DNA of 64,000 nucleotides from Novakomyces olei (Eukaryota): NCBI GenBank assembly GCA_016906335.1, contig JADEYG010000001.1, positions 620,001 to 684,000 of the forward strand, read 5' to 3'. Shown piece by piece: positions 62,301 to 64,000 of this stretch (position 1 is its first letter; each line of letters starts with the position of its first letter). The notes under the pieces were generated by a model. It saw only the letters and a program-made list of their open reading frames with translations, ran no database searches and was not told where the DNA came from. The position numbers and the translations under genes were made by a program.

Positions 62301-64000
62301 CACGGTCATAGATAAAAGATTCAATGTATTTCAGAATTGAATCCGTATTTGCTTCAACAAAGGCAGCTGGATCTGTCTGCAAGGCCTGGCAACACCGAAC
62401 CCACCAGTTAACACGGCCTTGTAAGTGAATATCGTTGGAAAAAATCAATAGTTTTTGCAAAAATAATTTTTTTTCCGTTAAGGCTGCTTTATTTTCAATT
62501 AAGTTTGGATCTTTCACAAGGCGGCCCACCAGTTTAACGAGAGTCTGTACACGCAAATCTTCAGATCCGACAGCAGCAGAGTCGGAAGGTGCACAGGAAG
62601 CTGGATAAATTTGCTCGTAAAAGGCTTCAATCAAAAGAGGCAAAAGCAGCCGACGTTGAACAAGCAGATCACAGACTGCGTCAAGCATAGTTTGCACATC
62701 CTCACGGGACCCGTGTCTGCACAAAAGGTATAAAACTGCTCTCAAAACGCCGCCATCATAAAGCTCAGAATCCTGTAAGTATTGATGCTCACTACCGGCC
62801 AAAGCACAAATTGCCCTCAAAGACCATACTATATCCCGAGTATCAGTGAGCCGTGTATATACACGGTCAGATAAGCAAAAGTCTTTTGCCGACTGACGGT
62901 CCAGCATTTCCGGCTCATTTTTTGCTTGATAATATACGCAAAAGTACTCGGCAATTATGCCTCCATTGCCGACGTAGGGAAGCGGGGATTTCTGGATCTC
63001 TTGGGTCTGTACTAGAATAGTTTGCCGATACTTTTCCCATGCTTCTTGAGGGCGAAACGGTTGGATTTTTTGCGAATTTTCTTTTATTTCTCCGCCCTGC
63101 ACAGCTAAAGACGCTAGAGTATCTTGCCAGTAACGACGAACTGCCACTCTTTTGTCCGCCAAAGCTTTTGGTAAAATAGATAGCAAAATAGACGAGTCTA
63201 TACTATTATTGTCAGCAGTTGCACCATTTTCCTGTCTTGAAAGCATTTTCAAAAACTCGACTAGCAACTTGGAAATTTGCAATACAGCAGAATCGTTATT
63301 CTCTTTATTGTACAAATTTCCGACGACTGTCAAGTACTTTACAAAATCATTTGCCGGCAATTGAGCGATGCTGCCTACAAGTACAGCAGCTACTTTGAAA
63401 ATGTCTCCACGTTGATCAGCGTTAGGGACACGATTAAGTGCAAGTGGCTCCAAGAGCAATGCCAAAATCTCGTTCGCTGAACTCGTTACACGTGAAACAA
63501 GGCCCTGAAGAGTCGCCAAGGCGGAAAGCCGTACTGCCGATTGTGTGCTTTTCAAGCAGTTTAGAAGCGAAGGCAGCAAAACGCCAGCAATTCCCGAAAG
63601 ATCAAATTTACATGCTTCGAACAAGTAAATTAATGCGCGGTCCAAGACGACTAGAGGCGAACGGAGTAACGATTTTTGTATAGTTGGGAGCACGAGCCGC
63701 TCGACTGCTTTAAAATCTAAAAATTCCCTAAATGTTGCAATAAGTCCTGCCTGCACATGATACGGTACTGGCTTGGTAGCACCACATACAGTCTCTGTGT
63801 AATATGTAATTAGGCTGTCCGACTGCTCCAGTACATTTGCAGCCTTTTTCAGACGGATAGCAACTTCACACACAACTCCAAGAAGACATACATTTTCCGC
63901 TCGTTTTACAGATAAAAGAGGCTTGAAATAAATGTCAACGTCCGCGCTGCGTAGAACCTTTCGTACAGAGCGTCGTGTACTTCGAGTAGCAGAGAGCTTT
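56344..64000 (-). CDS. GCN1: eIF2-alpha kinase activator Gcn1 (HEAT repeats); 5' end lies beyond the window
   Basis: >2500-aa HEAT ORF with GAAYFIAGLVRG.GI, FEPYV, WR.K..AVEILG.MA..AP.QLS.SLP.IVP, DRQGAAQGLAEV, LKPYVTQITGPLIR; the frame stays open to the window edge. Confidence 0.96.
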   Translation of the reverse strand, partial: KLSATRSTRRSVRKVLRSADVDIYFKPLLSVKRAENVCLLGVVCEVAIRLKKAANVLEQSDSLITYYTETVCGATKPVPYHVQAGLIATFREFLDFKAVERLVLPTIQKSLLRSPLVVLDRALIYLFEACKFDLSGIAGVLLPSLLNCLKSTQSAVRLSALATLQGLVSRVTSSANEILALLLEPLALNRVPNADQRGDIFKVAAVLVGSIAQLPANDFVKYLTVVGNLYNKENNDSAVLQISKLLVEFLKMLSRQENGATADNNSIDSSILLSILPKALADKRVAVRRYWQDTLASLAVQGGEIKENSQKIQPFRPQEAWEKYRQTILVQTQEIQKSPLPYVGNGGIIAEYFCVYYQAKNEPEMLDRQSAKDFCLSDRVYTRLTDTRDIVWSLRAICALAGSEHQYLQDSELYDGGVLRAVLYLLCRHGSREDVQTMLDAVCDLLVQRRLLLPLLIEAFYEQIYPASCAPSDSAAVGSEDLRVQTLVKLVGRLVKDPNLIENKAALTEKKLFLQKLLIFSNDIHLQGRVNWWVRCCQALQTDPAAFVEANTDSILKYIESFIYDREDKRRPAALRAVGQLNFYNPQTSTPSICRLFTRLLSNVPWSRVHTESIAIWQTPEGNLYNNVLAKKKESESGTRNINDETAQWEAQVRKHAQQKAAAGGAYQKKALNKHDQAAVDAQLALESVVRSEMEALYMRVDTGLRIIQSLCNTVSFEVETWLSAALRTLTRDFYSNAQLLFGKDSHILQDTLIGLFNTADGSLNSMAYALFAALSTLWSIDNENESKNPNKNADTLANTFDLALVQKVLHRLRFISDSSALVLVDFLSAITIVIASMEALPLLKSVSAEDKTEILILCTDFVSLNSERLQSATSPREQILKCLVMLLVKYPAQYQETRTCLLDAAAQIAAASVTAGMITNAELNILLNALVTCSEVGVRTCILQAMQPLRIAPDPFPIELFLSANDVDEQISELAIGILLENGLNFPEHLISEIYPYLESAETFVRAIAARSLAAAVESRSDKREDPVLDSVWQRIVELYKKNAVQAPALDAIFGNIALENNKNFDTSASSRYEKVDVWQPRAGSASALGALSPFLVGDFALDTLKFITEWDSDQQVPLSDSNETVRRLMLEAALSVIDCHGRHIVEPLSALLQARLVEATDRYKEGIIILLGATAKYFTAGDERITVIIDKLREAMSIPSESVQIAIAECLFPLVRKMKTDAHVYYMQLLPQLREGSFAVQKGAAYFIAGLVRGRGIRSFKDFGITPMLQWAIGDNKNSVGRRGALFLIQSFSQILESLFEPYVPAMIPLLLTAFGDSASDVREATLEASRQVMSRISGFCVKLILPSLLETLAQDSQWRPKRAAVEILGQMAFMAPRQLSVSLPVIVPKLTQVLTDSHAQVRATANKALLRFGEVIENPEVQSLVPTLLRALSDPNKETDSALAALLRTYFVHYIDSPSLALVMPIVHRGLRERNASTKQEAAKIFGLLANLTEPDDFAPYLPRLMPAHYQVLVDPVPESRAIAARSLGLLMEKLGETRFPHLISDLFTTLKSDVSGVDRQGAAQGLAEVLAGLGLVRLEETLPDILKQTRSEYAYIRGGYLSLLIYLPATFGARYQPYLAQSIPPILAGLADENDDVREASLRAGRMIVTGYASKAVDLLLPELERGMFNADWRIRSSSVQLVGDLLYKVAGISNNDNNNSYHEDGHDSSEFEPSREKSIGGKALLETLGQSRRDRVLAGIYIIRQDVVHSVRVSAISVWTSVVGNTPRTIREILSTIVDILISHLSARAPDIRGVCVRTLGELVRKMGESALQTLIPELQKGLESEQEPGHRVGVCIALQELMSSASEDLEPYRDSLVFAVNEAIMDKDDRVREAAADAFDRLHDVFGAAVVVNTIIPSLLLQLQQETSAEAALLALREIMVKRSQVVFPIIMPTLLKQPMTAFHARALGGLVQVAGPSVNRRLDTIVDALFAAILDGDKNVIADGDSVNAETESRNALRSVMQSVEGDGAELLVSHMLTLVRDADPKRRALACEQLALLFGENSPVLRHLPDLVTALVHCFADPDEKVVEAAWEAQNALTQSINKSEMESLVRPLTLALQNTGVEGTPLPAFNRGGAKNNGINSVLPILLQSLMYGSGDSREQAAIGLGEILSKAEPSMLKPYVTQITGPLIRTIGERFSSDVRAAILETLDKLLRKIPMFVRPFVPQLQRIFAKALTDQSESVRLRAATALGSLIELNTRVDALVSELVAGARIADSGIRRAMLRALYEVVRRTGISESSKKLVMDLLQATRPADVTSARVAGALLCKLDSPEIREEFVRENVQYNSPESLSVGDMLVINALLTESGEALLALEPATLSAITELIANGVESSMESISTNSVLAAAKLLLLQYETYKPTLLPSILEASSSSSPDTKRLALVALRVIAQQHDLIDSRIVLALFANVRTPIVPVKLAAESAFLAVLRVEADGLAHVDTICSELQSQGEEQKSRAVGDYARRVAVRLAASARDRRLALRGDTQAGDEQDPDLVEDRAEIWSVSAENTY

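Overview
Gene-dense, intron-containing fungal (ascomycete-type, possibly early-diverging) nuclear DNA with GT-AG introns carrying CTAA/CTGA-type branch points and many AT-rich microsatellites. Recognisable conserved genes: COG7-like, CCA1, ALG11, VPS10/PEP1, CDC16/cut9, an Rsa1/NUFIP1-like gene, NOP12, a DEP1/Sds3-family gene, a CUE-Smr (Cue2-like) gene, a MIT-domain gene, a StuA/Efg1-type APSES factor, TDP1, Rab11/YPT3, an HD hydrolase, a CMGC-like kinase, GPI cell-wall proteins and GCN1 (runs off the right edge). The most unusual region is 10.2-17.6 kb: two dispersed, patchily diverged copies of an orphan multi-transmembrane gene whose short first exon carries DLE...PPDY (a PY motif). The copies flank cut9 and a frameshifted aquaporin remnant, and the whole block is bracketed by two arrays of the same 9-bp repeat. 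The architecture recalls the wtf poison-antidote meiotic drivers of fission yeasts; this is an inference and I have not shown homology. Other notable items: a secreted orphan protein with animal-type SH2/SH3 ligand motifs (YDVP x3, RRPLPPIP), a short cox1-derived NUMT, a degenerate P-loop GTPase-like gene and a kinase with DLS in place of DFG. All exon boundaries were read by eye and family names come from motif recognition; no searches were run.
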